NCBI RefSeq assembly: GCF_000181795.1 | Contig: NW_003526943.1 | Span: 5,449,806-5,513,805 of the forward strand | Source of the DNA: Trichinella spiralis | Taxonomy: Eukaryota | Reading direction: 5' to 3' | Length of the DNA stretch: 64,000 nucleotides | In this document: piece by piece, positions 26,929-40,011 of the stretch | Numbering within the stretch: position 1 is the stretch's first letter | Layout of the letters: each line of letters starts with the position of its first letter | Program-made: the position numbers and the translations under genes | The notes under the pieces: model-generated | Told to the model about the DNA's origin: nothing | Database searches by the model: none | What the model saw: the letters and a program-made list of their open reading frames with translations, nothing else

Positions 26929-29472
26929 TTACGTTGACTGCTTCTTTACTGCAGTTGGTCTAAAAAGTGAAACATAAATCAATGTATTATTCATAATTTA
27001 GAAAAAAAAACATAATCATACCTATACTCGCCAGTTACTACTGCATGATCGCGTTCATATGGCTCCAATGTGATCTGCTCGATTGGTCTGACTTTCTCTT
27101 GTTTCAGTTTATTAACTTCGCCCGCAAACACCACTTCAGGCTCTGCAGTGGAATCTATGCAGTTCGCCTGAAAATAAAATTAAAATAATAAAACGTCATA
27201 TCATAAAAACAGCATAACATTCATACACTAACATCAATTAATGTTAAAAAAGAAAGTAGGCATCATTTAAATTATTGAAATATGAAATTGCTTTACCTTT
27301 AAAATTTTCATTCTTATCATACACAGAATTATCAATATCATATATATAACTTTTGCAAATGTTTCTTATTACCTATTAAAAATTAAATGAATAAAAAATA
27401 TATATTGTGTAGATTAAAAATGCTTACATTGTTTTTAATTTTAAAATACTACTTTAATAAAAACAAAACATGGTAACATGTATATGCATAAACAAATCTG
27501 AATTTCAAATTATTATTATCAATTTTACTCACTACTCTATAAACCTGCTTTACTTTAAAGCATTCCATATATAGCCACAGAATACTGCATGATACAAACA
27601 TAAATTCATCGCTGTTTCAAAACAATACAAAATAAACATATTAACAATTTTAATAAAGAAAAAAATTTATTACTTTCTTAAGAAACTGCTCAAAAATACA
27701 TCAACTTCCATTACATTGTATTGCATGTTTTACCAATAACAAAACAGCTTACTTTTATCGACATTACAATATGACCGCCGTTTCTCAAAAAGTGATGAGC
27801 ATTGAGCGTTACAATACGAGCTTGATCTGGCTGTGCAATATCAGCAAATATAGTATCAACCATTCCTACAGTTGTGACATTATATTTTATGTTACATATA
27901 TACAAGTATTTCTTCACAATAGTCTTGTTAAATAACATTACATTTTGGTATTCTTCATTACTTTCTTATTATAATTTTATTTTAAAACTATACCTATTAG
28001 CATTCGATATTTATGAGGATGCCTAGCATCTTCAATGATTGGAACCACGTTGTTACGCTTCTTGGCTACATTTAAAAGATCGCGGCCAGAACGATGACTG
28101 AATTCTACCGCATAACATATTCCTTCCTGAAATTTTAATTTTTTACATTATATTAAATACAAAATACATACATTTATTTAAATTACCGGTCCTATAATAT
28201 CGGAAACGTGAGAAACTGTAGTACCGCTAGCGGCACCTAAATATAACACGCGACTGCCAGGCTTCATAAAAATGTCATCCAGTCCACCCATAACAGCAGC
28301 AGCAAGTTTACTTCGAAATGGATTCCACACACGATATTCCTTCTTTTCTTCACCTTCCTGCAAAATAATGAACATTACAAATAAAATCAGATGTGTTCTG
28401 TTTAAAATAAAATGCTAATTAATAAATAAGAATTTTCATTTTGATTTAACTTCGTCCTTATTTTCTTAATACATTACAAAATTTACCATCTGTAGTAATT
28501 ATTATTGTTGTAAAAGAAATAATACATTTTCCTGATTGCATTTTTTGTTTCTGAAAACTAATTACACTGACCCAAGCAAGATCAATGCAAAATTTTAACA
28601 CATTTAAAAACTGTTCTTAAAACAGTACTTCAACTGATATTCTCTTTTCGCCATAGACTGATTCGCCAGGAACTGAGTTAAAAGTAACAAGAGCATCTTC
28701 TTTGCCTCTGGCCATGAAAATGCCTACAGAAATACAAATAAATATTAAAATAACCAAAAATCAGTAGAAAAAATAAAAAATACCTTGGTGACGATGAGGC
28801 ACAATAACAACAACTTTTCCGCCACGAAATCCGCCTTTCCCACGAGGAGTTCCTCTACCACTTCTACTACCACGATCACCACGAGAGAAACGACGATTAC
28901 CACCATCATCTTGAAATTGAGGTGCTTATTCGAAAAGTACCGTAGGAAAGGAATAAAATTTAAATAACTGCTCGTTACTTCGATCTGCACTTCGACTTCC
29001 ACCTCGCCCACCGAAACCTCTCCGACCACCGCGACCTCCACGATCTCCGAAGCCATCGCCACGACCTCCTTCTCTATCTCCAAAACTTAGACGTCCTCTT
29101 CCACGGCCACCTCGGCCACGGAAATTGCCACGAGAAAAATCTGAAAAAAACAAATTTCAAAAATAATAACTGCTTTTAATTGTTGTATTTTATTCATTTT
29201 CATATACTCTGCCAACTCTGACATTTACGTTTGAATTAAAAATCACTGCAACAACTGAACTGTATTATAAAAATACAAACTGATACTGAACTTCATTATT
29301 TGACTTCATCATGAACACTAAAAGCCTAATCTTTGGTGCAGATAAAAATATAATAAATTTAAATATTTCTTTAAAACAGATTATAACTAATATCAAATTT
29401 TCACTTCAACAATTATATCATAGCTTCAAGTGTAAAACAGTATCAAGCCTGTTCAAGCAAATTCTTACCCAT
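26929..29472 (-). CDS. fib-1: Fibrillarin (box C/D snoRNP 2'-O-methyltransferase)
   Basis: ATGG|gtaaga first coding exon at 29472-29469. RGG/GAR N-terminus; [73 protein letters not shown]; last exon 26959-26929. Confidence 0.97.
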
Positions 29473-30951
29473 TGTCCTCAATTTGTCGCTTTACTATCAG
29501 TCTGGGGTTTCTAAAAATAAAAATAATAAAAGTGATAAAATTAAGAAAATTTAAAGTTCAGTCTAAAAACATTTACCAAAAGAAAAGCAAAATACATGAT
29601 GACCATTTCCTATATAATGATAATTGATAATCGATAGCTTTATGAAATAAATTAAAATAGGTTAAATATTTCAAATAACTTACGAAAGTATTTTTAAACA
29701 TAACTTTTAATGCCACTTTTGTCATTTTTATGAGGTCAACAATAGTTTTTCCCAACATTTCTACCACCCTACTTTACACTTTTATTACATATTTCCATAT
29801 TAATAACTAATGAAAGTAAGTTTAAACTTTTATTGCACCTAAATTCAATAACTTAAATTAAAAAAATTAAAAGTTTCAATCAAATACTGGATTTATTAAA
29901 AGTTTGACAAAACTTCGCGATATTACAGTAAGCTTTTTGATAATAAAGATATGTTTTAATTATTGCAATTTCTATTAACGTGAACTTTTCATAATTAAAA
30001 TAGAGAATTTATTTTATTTAATTACGCTAAACAGAATTAATTATAATTTTAAAAGAAGATTAACTTAATTTTATAAAAGGACGAAATTTGCTTCAAATTT
30101 ACATAAATTTATTAAATGAAAAATTGAATAATTTCAAAATTCTTCCTGAACTTTTTGTAAAAAAACAATTAGAATGAAATGGAAAGGTTGAATTGAAAAT
30201 GTTTTATGTTTTTAAGATTTTGTCGTTTTCATTAAAAATGTATACGGACTGCAATTTAAATTAAATAAGAAAATTTTTTTAAAATATTCTTCAATATAGT
30301 GGCAGTTTTCTTTTTTCTTTTGTTTAATTTGATCCTGTCAGTATACTGAAGTGTTGAATATCTTGAATTTCTTTAAATCTATCGAATTCATCAACTTTAA
30401 ATGAATTTCGAAATTACGCGATACTGATAAGGACAGATCGAAATTTTATATATTATTTTATAATTCAAAGATATGTCCTAATATATGTGGCATAGCGTGC
30501 TTCGTTGTGCTTTTGATTCTTTCACCAATTGACATCATTTTTGTAAACATTGCTTTTCTTTCAAATTGCATTCATTTGAATTCTTTTTATCCAAATATCG
30601 TTATTTTATTTACTTTACTTATTCAACTGTTTGTCTTAATCTTGACAAAGAAGAATTTAAAGATATTTTATAAATCTGAGATGTAATTTTGAGATGGATT
30701 TTGGTGTAATCTTTTTTTCTTGAATGTAGAACTTCTATTGTGCAGTAAAATTTTGCTGTTAAAATGAGAAAATGCAATGCGAATAACGATTGTTAAGTTT
30801 ATTTGAATTGTAAACCTGTTGATGTTGAATTATTTTATTTGTATTTTTAAACATTAATGCTTCTTAATATTTATGTTTTTGAAATTGTGTATTTTCACTT
30901 TTGTTGAAATTTAAGAGAAAAGTCGATTAAGCGAGAATTCAGATTTGCACG

Positions 30952-32614
30952 ATGGCTGAATCACAGTGCGTGTTCAACTCTTCAGAATTTAAAGACGTGC
31001 AGCCGATTTATCTGTCAGAAGAAGAATCCGGCGTTATTAACATTAGTTGTAGCAAAAAATGTAATCCATAATTTTGTTTATTTTGTTAAATTTACATTTG
31101 TTACTTTTCACTTTTTTATATGAACATTACGTGCAGATGAGCAGAAAATGTTTTAATCATTGTGTAATTATTGTAAATTTTGAAGATTTGAAGAATTCAT
31201 TTTTTTTGAATTAGACAAATACAATTCATTAGTTTAAATATTTATTAGAAAAAGAGTATGATAATTGGGTTTTTGACTTGAACTATTGCAAGTTTCAGTT
31301 GAAGACGTTTATGCATATTTTCGTGCCCTGTTTAACAAACAAGAAATCAGCGAACGGGCATTGAAACTCACTGAAGAGGCAGCGAATTTGAATCCTGCGA
31401 ATTACACAGTATGGTAAGAAGTGGTTGTAAAATTAAAATAAAAAACTTTATGATTGAAATATTAATTAATTAATAATTACGATTAGGTATTATCGTCGAA
31501 AAATACTGAAAGAATTGAACAAAGATTTGAAAAACGAAGTAGAATTTTGCTCTCGTATGACAGATGAAACTCCAAAAAATTATCAAATATGGTAGTTGTT
31601 TTCTTTTTTCTAAATTTTATGTGTTGTTTAATGCTTTATGAAAAAAATAATATTTTTAAGGCATCATCGACGACTTTTAATTGAAATTCTTAACGACCCA
31701 ACTGGCGAGTTGGAATTCACACAATCAATGCTGCAGGAAGATTATAAAAATTATCATGCTTGGCAGCATCGGTTTGAATATATGTAATCTTTGTTTAAGT
31801 AGTTGTTAACTGTATGTTTGAAATAATTTTAGACAGTGGTTGATTAGTCATTTTAAACTTTGGGATAATGAATTGGTGTATAGTGAAGAAATGATCAAAA
31901 AAGATGCTCGAAATAATTCCGCTTGGAATTATCGTTATTTCGTGATCAATTCTACAACTGGTTTTGATGCGCAGGTTACCGAACGCGAAATTCAGTACGA
32001 TATTGCATAATAATTTTCAAATATAATTTATTTGATGTTTCAATTTACAAAAGCTTTGTATGCAAGTTTTATTCATTTTATTTTACATTTCATTGTTTAT
32101 TTCAGAATGACGCTGGAAAATATTAAAAAATTGCCACACAATGAAAGCGCTTGGAATTATCTGAACGGGTAAGAAATTTAAAATTATCCTTCATGTATCA
32201 TTAAATTAAAGTATGATATTGTAAAAAGAAAATTTTATCAAGTAATTCAAAATTATGTAATCGAATAATTGATTAATGTTTTTTTTATTTTAAATATAAA
32301 CTGTGCAAAATTGCTTCAGTATTGTGGAAGATCGAGGTCCATCTTCGTTTGAAAATGTAGTCAACTTTTGTGAATATCTGCTTTCACAAAAACAAACCTC
32401 TCCACAACTGCTGGCATTTCTGTACACGGCATATTTGGACAAATTCCAAAAAACTGAAGATGAGAATTTCAAAAATAAAGCAATCAAAGCAAGTTGATCT
32501 TGTTGTCAAGCATTTGTTGTAATTATTTATTTACAGATGTGCGATATGCTTCTTGATATGGATCCGATGCGTCGACATTTTTGGCAACAGTACAAATCGA
32601 ATGTGAAAGCATGA
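30952..32614 (+). CDS. fnta-1: Protein farnesyltransferase/geranylgeranyltransferase-I alpha subunit
   Basis: Multi-exon gene with PFTA repeats: SERALKLT...[56 protein letters not shown]-terminal DPMRRHFW. Confidence 0.93.
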
Positions 32615-32702
32615 CCATGATTATATATTATATTAATAATAAACCATTATATACATGTGAATTTATTTGAAGAAAAAAGAAGTTATTATACAGTATTATG
32701 TT

Positions 32703-32703
<1 letters not shown>

Positions 32704-32735
<32 letters not shown>
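32704..32735. repeat. (TA)n microsatellite
   Basis: TA run with one G interruption just downstream of fnta-1. Confidence 0.85.
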
Positions 32736-33139
32736 TGTTTTCTTTTTCTGTTTAAGCGTATAAAACAAAAAATTGAAAAAAATAAGATGATGATTTGAAG
32801 AAAATTTTTAAAAAGAATTATTATACGTGGGTATTTGGAAATTATTCTTAATTAAATGGTGGCTGTTGATTTGTTTGACATTGACAAGTGAATGGCAAGT
32901 AATTCATGTTTTTTTAACGATTTTAAAAGCAAATGATAGCAAACAACAGTGTAAATGTGTTTTATTGAAATATAGATGGATATTAAATTTGAAAAAAAAC
33001 AAACATGAATATGTATAATATTATGTTTCGATTAATAATCTTTGAGAAATATCATTAGTCATTTTATTGGAATAGAATATAGTTGAATTTATAAGTGATA
33101 TTTAATGTGCTTGTCAATCAAAAAATCCGAAATGAACAA

Positions 33140-33660
33140 TGAACGCAGGTGGTGTCTCGAATAACATACACGGCAGAGTGGTGGTAATTAAGTTGGGTGG
33201 TCGACAATGATCATTAGCCATTTGGATGGGATATACAATTTCACTGTATTCATCAGCCGCCCGTCTCGGGTCAACGAGCAGCCGCTGAGGTAGAAAATGG
33301 GAAGATGCACAAAGAAGAGGAATTAATTGTCGGCCGTTGCAGAACACACACAACAGCTGACCGGCAAACCGCGTGCCGTCTGCGTAAAAACAATGAACAA
33401 GTGTTTCAGCTAATGGCGCCATTGTCAGCGGGCCGGCTTGGCGGCGCCACTTCTGTACACTGTTCCCCGACCTGACCAATCAGACGCCGCCGCCGACGAT
33501 AAGTATTCACGTTGATCAATCGTGTTGCTCCATTGGAGAGGTAGAAAAAATCCCAGCAGTCCTCGTCGTCGTCGTCGTCATCAGTAAACGGCAAAGCAAC
33601 GAGGGGCCGTGAGGAACATTTTTATTGCGATTATTATTTTCTGCGGCTGACAGTCATCAT
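33140..33660 (+). promoter_or_regulatory. CpG/GC-rich promoter and 5' region of BAMBI with GC-rich Smad1/5-type motifs
   Basis: Sharp GC rise over the AT-rich background; TGGCGCCA 33414-33421, GGCGCCA 33443-33449, CAGACGCCGCCGCCG from 33481. Confidence 0.5.
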
Positions 33661-35184
33661 GCCCAACGTCGGTCATAATTTTACCTGCTCATTGTTTATT
33701 TCATTCATCTTTGCTATTCATTTTGGTAAGTTCACAAAATTTTCTTTTTCAAACAACAATCATAATTAACAATTTCGTATTAAATTATCCTATGTACTAC
33801 CCTTATTGAGTGTGTGGTGGTGATTGCTGCATAGAAACTCGAAAATTTTCCCTGGTGCAGTTTTTATGCTGTATTATTGTAGTATTTTTTAATTCTTATC
33901 TTCCTTTCTTGTTAAGATGTGAATATATGCAAATGTTTGCTGTTTCAAATGCATATGTTCAACCGCAACAGACTGCACTGTTGAATGACCAAATGATAAC
34001 TTTGATGAAAGTTTTTTAAATGAACAATAAGCATCATTGTGAACTAATTGTATTATTGTTAAATTCATCGAATATTATTGAGCAATGAGCCGACATTACA
34101 GTATATAACAATTCAGAAAGGTGGAGGCATTTGATGTGAACTTTATTCCGCCTCGGCCATGTTCAAGCAGTTTATTTTTATGTAGACAAGCTACACTTGA
34201 CCCTGTTGATCCGACTGGGTTATGTTTGTTTAGCGAGTTATTACAAAAAAAGAGAGTAAGAATCATTTCTTCTTATTATTTTATAACATATATTTATATT
34301 GTCTGTGAATAAACAGTGTTTGGAAATTTGCCATGATTTTTTGACCTAGCCTTATCCGCAAAGCTGGTGCGGTTTGCCTTGAGAGGACTGGTTTTCAGTT
34401 AACATCAATGATTAACAATCATGATAAAGCATTGCTAAGGTGATATTGATCCACTAGATGTCTAGACAATAATCTGACAAGCAGTTTGTTTTCTTTTTTT
34501 TTGGCTATTTTTCTTCTATTTTTCGATCATAGGCATATATATATATATAGTTTTGTTTATTTTTATCTGCAGTTCTAGACCAGACGATGCCAAGATATGA
34601 TTACAATGTGTTGTCATGAAGTTGGTGGCGCCAGATGTTTTTATTAACAGCTTCAAATTGACGCAGGAACTGATTTATGTCTATCAGGCGCATTCTAATC
34701 TCGCTTGATCAGTAATCAAACAAATTAAACTTGTGCAAATATTTGAAAAAATTTTCACTATTCTTTCACATTCTTTGAAACATGGCCCAACTGCTTTAAA
34801 GTGAAAATACCTTTTTTTCGAAATTATTTCATGATTATTTATTTATTTTTATTAAAAAAATTTTGAAATGTTTCATGAACAAAATTTTTTTATTTTCATA
34901 AGGATAATAATGTCAGTAGATTGTATTTCACAATTTCGACTCTTCTCAAGCACACGACAGTATGATATAATTTGTTTTCATGTGGGTCACTGTAATTAAC
35001 TATTTTTTTTATCAGGTCGAAGGTGCATCTGACTGTGGGGTCATTTCCGGCGTTGTCTTTCTTTCAGTTTTTGGTCAGAATGCTCTGACCCGTTAGAAAA
35101 ACTGTCTGTCGATTAGTTTCCAGATATTTAAGCTTCATGAGAGAAATTTTTTCTGGTAAAATTTTTTCCAATCAAGCTCATATT

Positions 35185-35217
<33 letters not shown>

Positions 35218-36153
35218 ACATGCCTGTTTTGTTTAAGTGCAATATATTATGCATTATGCATTTGTTGCTGATGTTGCTTATTTGCTGCATTTGAATTCAG
35301 GTGAATCATTGTTACTGCGATGTTATTGCAATTTGCCATCATGCATCAAAAGTGCTTACATGTGCAAATCGAAGATTGGTTGTTTTGAAGATTTTGAACC
35401 GTCATCGTGGAAAAACTCAAATCAAAACGGTGTTTGGCGTGGCTGCTTGGAACTGAAAGCAGAAAAGCCGTACAAATGTGTAACAGAATTTACACTAGAA
35501 ACTGTCGGCAAGAGTGCAACTGATGGTCATCGTTCATTGTCCAGTGGTGAAAAAGCTGCAGCACTGTTGGAACAGTTATCAACTGCTGCGGTGGTTCGAT
35601 GCTGCAAGGAAGATATGTGCAACTATTTCAGCTATTCGGATATCCAAAATCAACATTTGCAGTCGGATAGTATTTTCTCTGAATCAGGTATGGTTTTTTT
35701 GTTGTAATTAAACCTTTTACAAATTTTGATTCATCCCTGAAATGATGATATTTTTAAGACGATACAACAGTCGACGATCGACAGAATGGAAGTGAAACTT
35801 TTTGGTTTCAGATAGCGATTATTGCAATATCATTAACAGTTAGCTGCATGTTTATAATTTTCCTCATCGTTGGATATTATATTTCAAAAACTGGTGCCTT
35901 CAAGCTTGCACATCGAACTTCAGATTGGAAAGCAAGACTTTTAAGTATCGCTGATCAGAGGCCAAGACTTTCGCTCAACAATTCCTCTTTGCATAAATTT
36001 AATTTAAATACATTATTGTTTGTTGAACCTAACCAGCCGGTGAAAAGTGAAAGTGCCCGCACAGTGCTTGTCTCACCAGTCTCTTTATTTTCCACCGAAG
36101 ATACGGCTACCAAAAATGGGGAGAAGTTGCCAGTTATTGTAATTTTGAAATAA
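33659..36153 (+). CDS. BAMBI: BAMBI-like BMP and activin membrane-bound inhibitor (kinase-less TGF-beta type I pseudoreceptor), about 282 aa
   Basis: Exons 33659-33725 (signal peptide), 35301-35687, 35759-36153; both introns phase 1. Ten-Cys ectodomain RCYCNLPSC...YMCKS..GCF...GCL...C...CCKEDMCNY; TM start FWFQIAIIAISL resembling vertebrate LWFRAAVIAVPI; short tail with no GS or kinase domain. Confidence 0.85.
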
Positions 36154-38349
36154 CTGTAAATAAAATGCAATGACTTCACCACTCTTGAATTTTATGAATT
36201 TACGTTTGTTTTTCAAAAATCTATTTGAAAGCATCATCACCTGATGTGTACGTGAACTGTTGAGTAATAAAATTTTTCACTCTTTATATGGCAGGCATTA
36301 TTCAGCTAGCATTGTAAAGTAAAATTAAATAATAAAAGCACTATCATCATTATTATTAAATGTTTATTTTTACAATCAATTTCGTAACAATATCGTCAGT
36401 GGCTTTTTAAAGCGCATCTTTTGTTATTTAAAAAACAAATGAGTAAATAAGAATGTAACAGATGCAGCAGTGAAATATTGTTACTTTAAATTTTATGCAA
36501 TTTTCTTTTATATGTACAAATTTATATAAAATAAAAATATATGTGAATTCAATAAAGCCTTTCAATCGTTAAATATGCATTTGCAGTTGTGAGTTAATAT
36601 AATATCCAACTTTTTAATTTCATTTCTTTGTTGTGTGTTGTATTTTATTTGCATTAACTTCATGCTAAATAAAAGCGTTTTGCTTTTAAATACCAATAAA
36701 ATAAACTTTAATAGCTTCTCAAATGAAAAACAATTTACATAGTAAGGTTTTTACTGAAGCAAAATTATAAAACATTCTGTATTAATATTAAATCAAAACA
36801 CATTAACTAAATTTAGTATTATTATATTCATTAATTTGATTTTTTGATTATTGTACTGCATTTCATAATGTTATCAAGAATTTCGATGTTGATATCGACG
36901 ATAGTCAGGTTGGCAGCGACTTTATTCTTTTACGCGGAAAATTTAAAATTCCTTCTACAAAATCACGAATCCGTCGATCAATAATAGACTTACGTCAAGT
37001 CCCTTCGGTTAATTCAGTTATCACTCTAAATCAGGGCTAAACGAACTTTTTATGACATCGACCCCATATGATTCCTTGATGCCTCATCGACTTCCAAATT
37101 TGCAAAATGAATATTATTAACAATAAATTTCTTTATTATAAGGTACCCTTTTTCCCTTTACTGATTCTCGAACAGATTCATTTTACTTTTATGATCAATT
37201 ATTCTTTCTTCAATTTGTATATCTGTTCCTACAATAGCCGTATTCAGGTAAATAATGATGTAAATAACTTCATGATGATGTTGAAGGTGGTTGATAATTT
37301 TTTATTTAACTATTATGATATTTTTTACTTGAAAACTTGGCATCGTTAATGAGAAGGGTGTGCTTGATGAGTAGCAGCAAAGGCACTGATATTTGGCTGG
37401 AGAATGGTGAGTTTTAGGCGTAAGTTACCACGTATTTCCAGGTTCAATCTGTTCCTCTACTTTGTCCTTTCTTGTGGTGTCTCTTGATAGTTCAGAAAAT
37501 TATAAATTACTGTTCAACGAACTCGTCCAAAAAGATTCAATTTAGTCAATATATGTTTATGTTTAAAAAATTTTAATCCGGGCAGTATTTTGAACACTAA
37601 TCTATTTCTCATTATCAAATTATTGTATTATTATCTTAATATTTAACATCACTTATTTATTTATTATTAAAAGTGTTACGTAACCTTTCAACACATTATC
37701 ATAAAGTACTGTCATTTATCTGTAATATCACAATCCAATTAGATTCGATTTTCATACTAAAATTTCAAAATAAATTTATTTGTAGATTATAAATCGATAC
37801 AATTATAACTTATAACTAATACCATTTAGTGAGTTACTGTAATTTTATAAATTTCAAATTCACCTGTAACTAGACAAATTCATTTTCTGTACTTCATTTT
37901 CTGAATTTACAGTACTACTTATCAACACATCTACGTCTGAAAACTTGATCACATATGATTAAGTTTGACTGTCCTACGTTTGATTACATAATCTATTTTT
38001 GATGATATTAATGCTGAATCGAAAAATGTGCCTTGTGCTGTACAGCTGCAAACATGATTTTTTGCATTTTATCTATTCTTCATTACAAATTTTCATAAAT
38101 CCTTATTTGCCACCATGTACTGCACGTCAAATATCATTAAGATGCTGCTTTATATACAAAATTAATAAATACCTCATGTACAATAAAACAGTAAACATAT
38201 TACAAAGTCATTTTGAAAATCACATAAATTAATCAAAATCAAATGAAATTACTGTTTTCTTATTTATGTGCCGCTAAATATGTTAAAAAAGAAACATCCT
38301 GAACTGCCATTTTATTTTCACTTCATTACAAATGTCTTCAATGATTATT

Positions 38350-39591
38350 TCAAACGCTGTCTAGCACTGGTGGATCATAGCCTTCTGGACGATCGACAAA
38401 CGTTCCAACTTCTTCTTCATCAGCTTTTTTTCCTGACAATCCGTGCATCTCCATTAAACGGCTCACTGAAAAGTTACTTAAATTATTTAAACACTAGCTG
38501 TAGTTTTCTTGAAAATATTACTTTCAAACTTTGGGGTTTTCAACACTTTCACTTTACGAATGTAAACGTCGTGAAGAGGATAAATTCTCTCGCATGCCTT
38601 TTCTATGTCTTTACCAATGCTATCAGGTATCAGTTTCTTCACTACACCTTTCAAGTCGGAATTTGAAACTTCTTTAGTCATAATTTCGACCATTTTCACA
38701 TGAATAGCTCGAATCTAAATTTCAGCTTTTAGTGATAAGAATAATAATAAACAAAATAAAAAAAATATACTTGTGAATGTTGCGCATAGCAAGTCTTCTT
38801 TTGTTGCTCTGGCTGACGTCTCGTAAAACCTATGCAAAATAATCGTAGAAAATATCCATCGGTAGTTTTTACGTCAGCAAAAGCTTCAATAAGAGTCTAA
38901 AACAGAAATGCATGAGTAACCTTTGAACTTCATACTACAGATCTGTGAAAATATGTTAAACTTCATACCTGCCATTTTTTAACCAAAGAGCACAATTTAT
39001 CTCGCGTGAAGTTCATTCCATGGAAATTCGTCAAGCAAGTGTCACCTTGTACATATTCACAAATCAGTCGAAATTTACGAAAATCCGCTTCATCGTTGTT
39101 CAAATCACCAAGTGAAACTTCATACACTCTACCCTTTAAACCTTCAGACGCAATTTCTGAAATCATATAATATTAACATATATACATATATGGATACTAA
39201 AGCTAATTATAACAAATATTACAATATTTTAAAGTACAAAGAAATGAATTATAAATCTCCATATACATACCACCAAAAATAAATGATAAATTAAACAACT
39301 AAAGAACAATTGAAAAGCCAACTTTTAATGAACTTAAACTAAAAGTACAACACTATATAAAAGGCTTATTACTTGTGCCTTGTGTACGATTAACACATGT
39401 TTGTCCAATATCTCTATGCATAAACAAAGCTGGAGCTTTTACATTATACCATTCTTTTCTCGTGAAAGGATCAACGCTGAAACAAACAACATTCAACCAT
39501 AAATCGCACAACAGAATGAAAAAACATACACTTTCTTTTTTCCACCTTTTTTTCCGGCTTTTGAAAGTCTCTTATTCTTTCCGACAGCCAT
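38350..39591 (-). CDS. rps-1: 40S ribosomal protein S3a (eS1)
   Basis: Six exons. [96 protein letters not shown], ends [11 protein letters not shown]. Confidence 0.97.
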
Positions 39592-40011
39592 TCTGTTAGT
39601 AGTCGGTAACTTCCATACACTAATTACTGAAATACTGCCAACAAATCTACAGTTGTTAATTCCGAAATTGATCTGCAAGTATAAATGACAATAATACAGT
39701 AAGAATAAAAGATAAATAAGATTAATTGTGTACTGTAATTTGAATATAAAAATTCATAAAAATAGCAATAATATAATTTATAAATTAAAATAAACGTGTT
39801 TTATCAGCTCATAATATTGAATTAAATATTTTCATATAATGATTACCAAATACCACAATATTAACAAATGATTTTGTACATGAATCATATTATTAAGCTA
39901 AAAATAAAAAAATGACGAAACATAAATGGGCAGATGGCCAATGTCTTGCTGATTAGCAGGAGGAAATGGATTTTAGAGGTAAGAACACTACAACGAACTG
40001 AGAGGTTCCAA

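Noticed and set aside
29141..29468. Intronic box C/D snoRNA in fibrillarin intron 1 (ATGATGA near 29310 on minus); also checked the 585-nt intron 7
   Set aside because: No downstream CTGA D box, terminal stem or recognisable rRNA guide in either intron.
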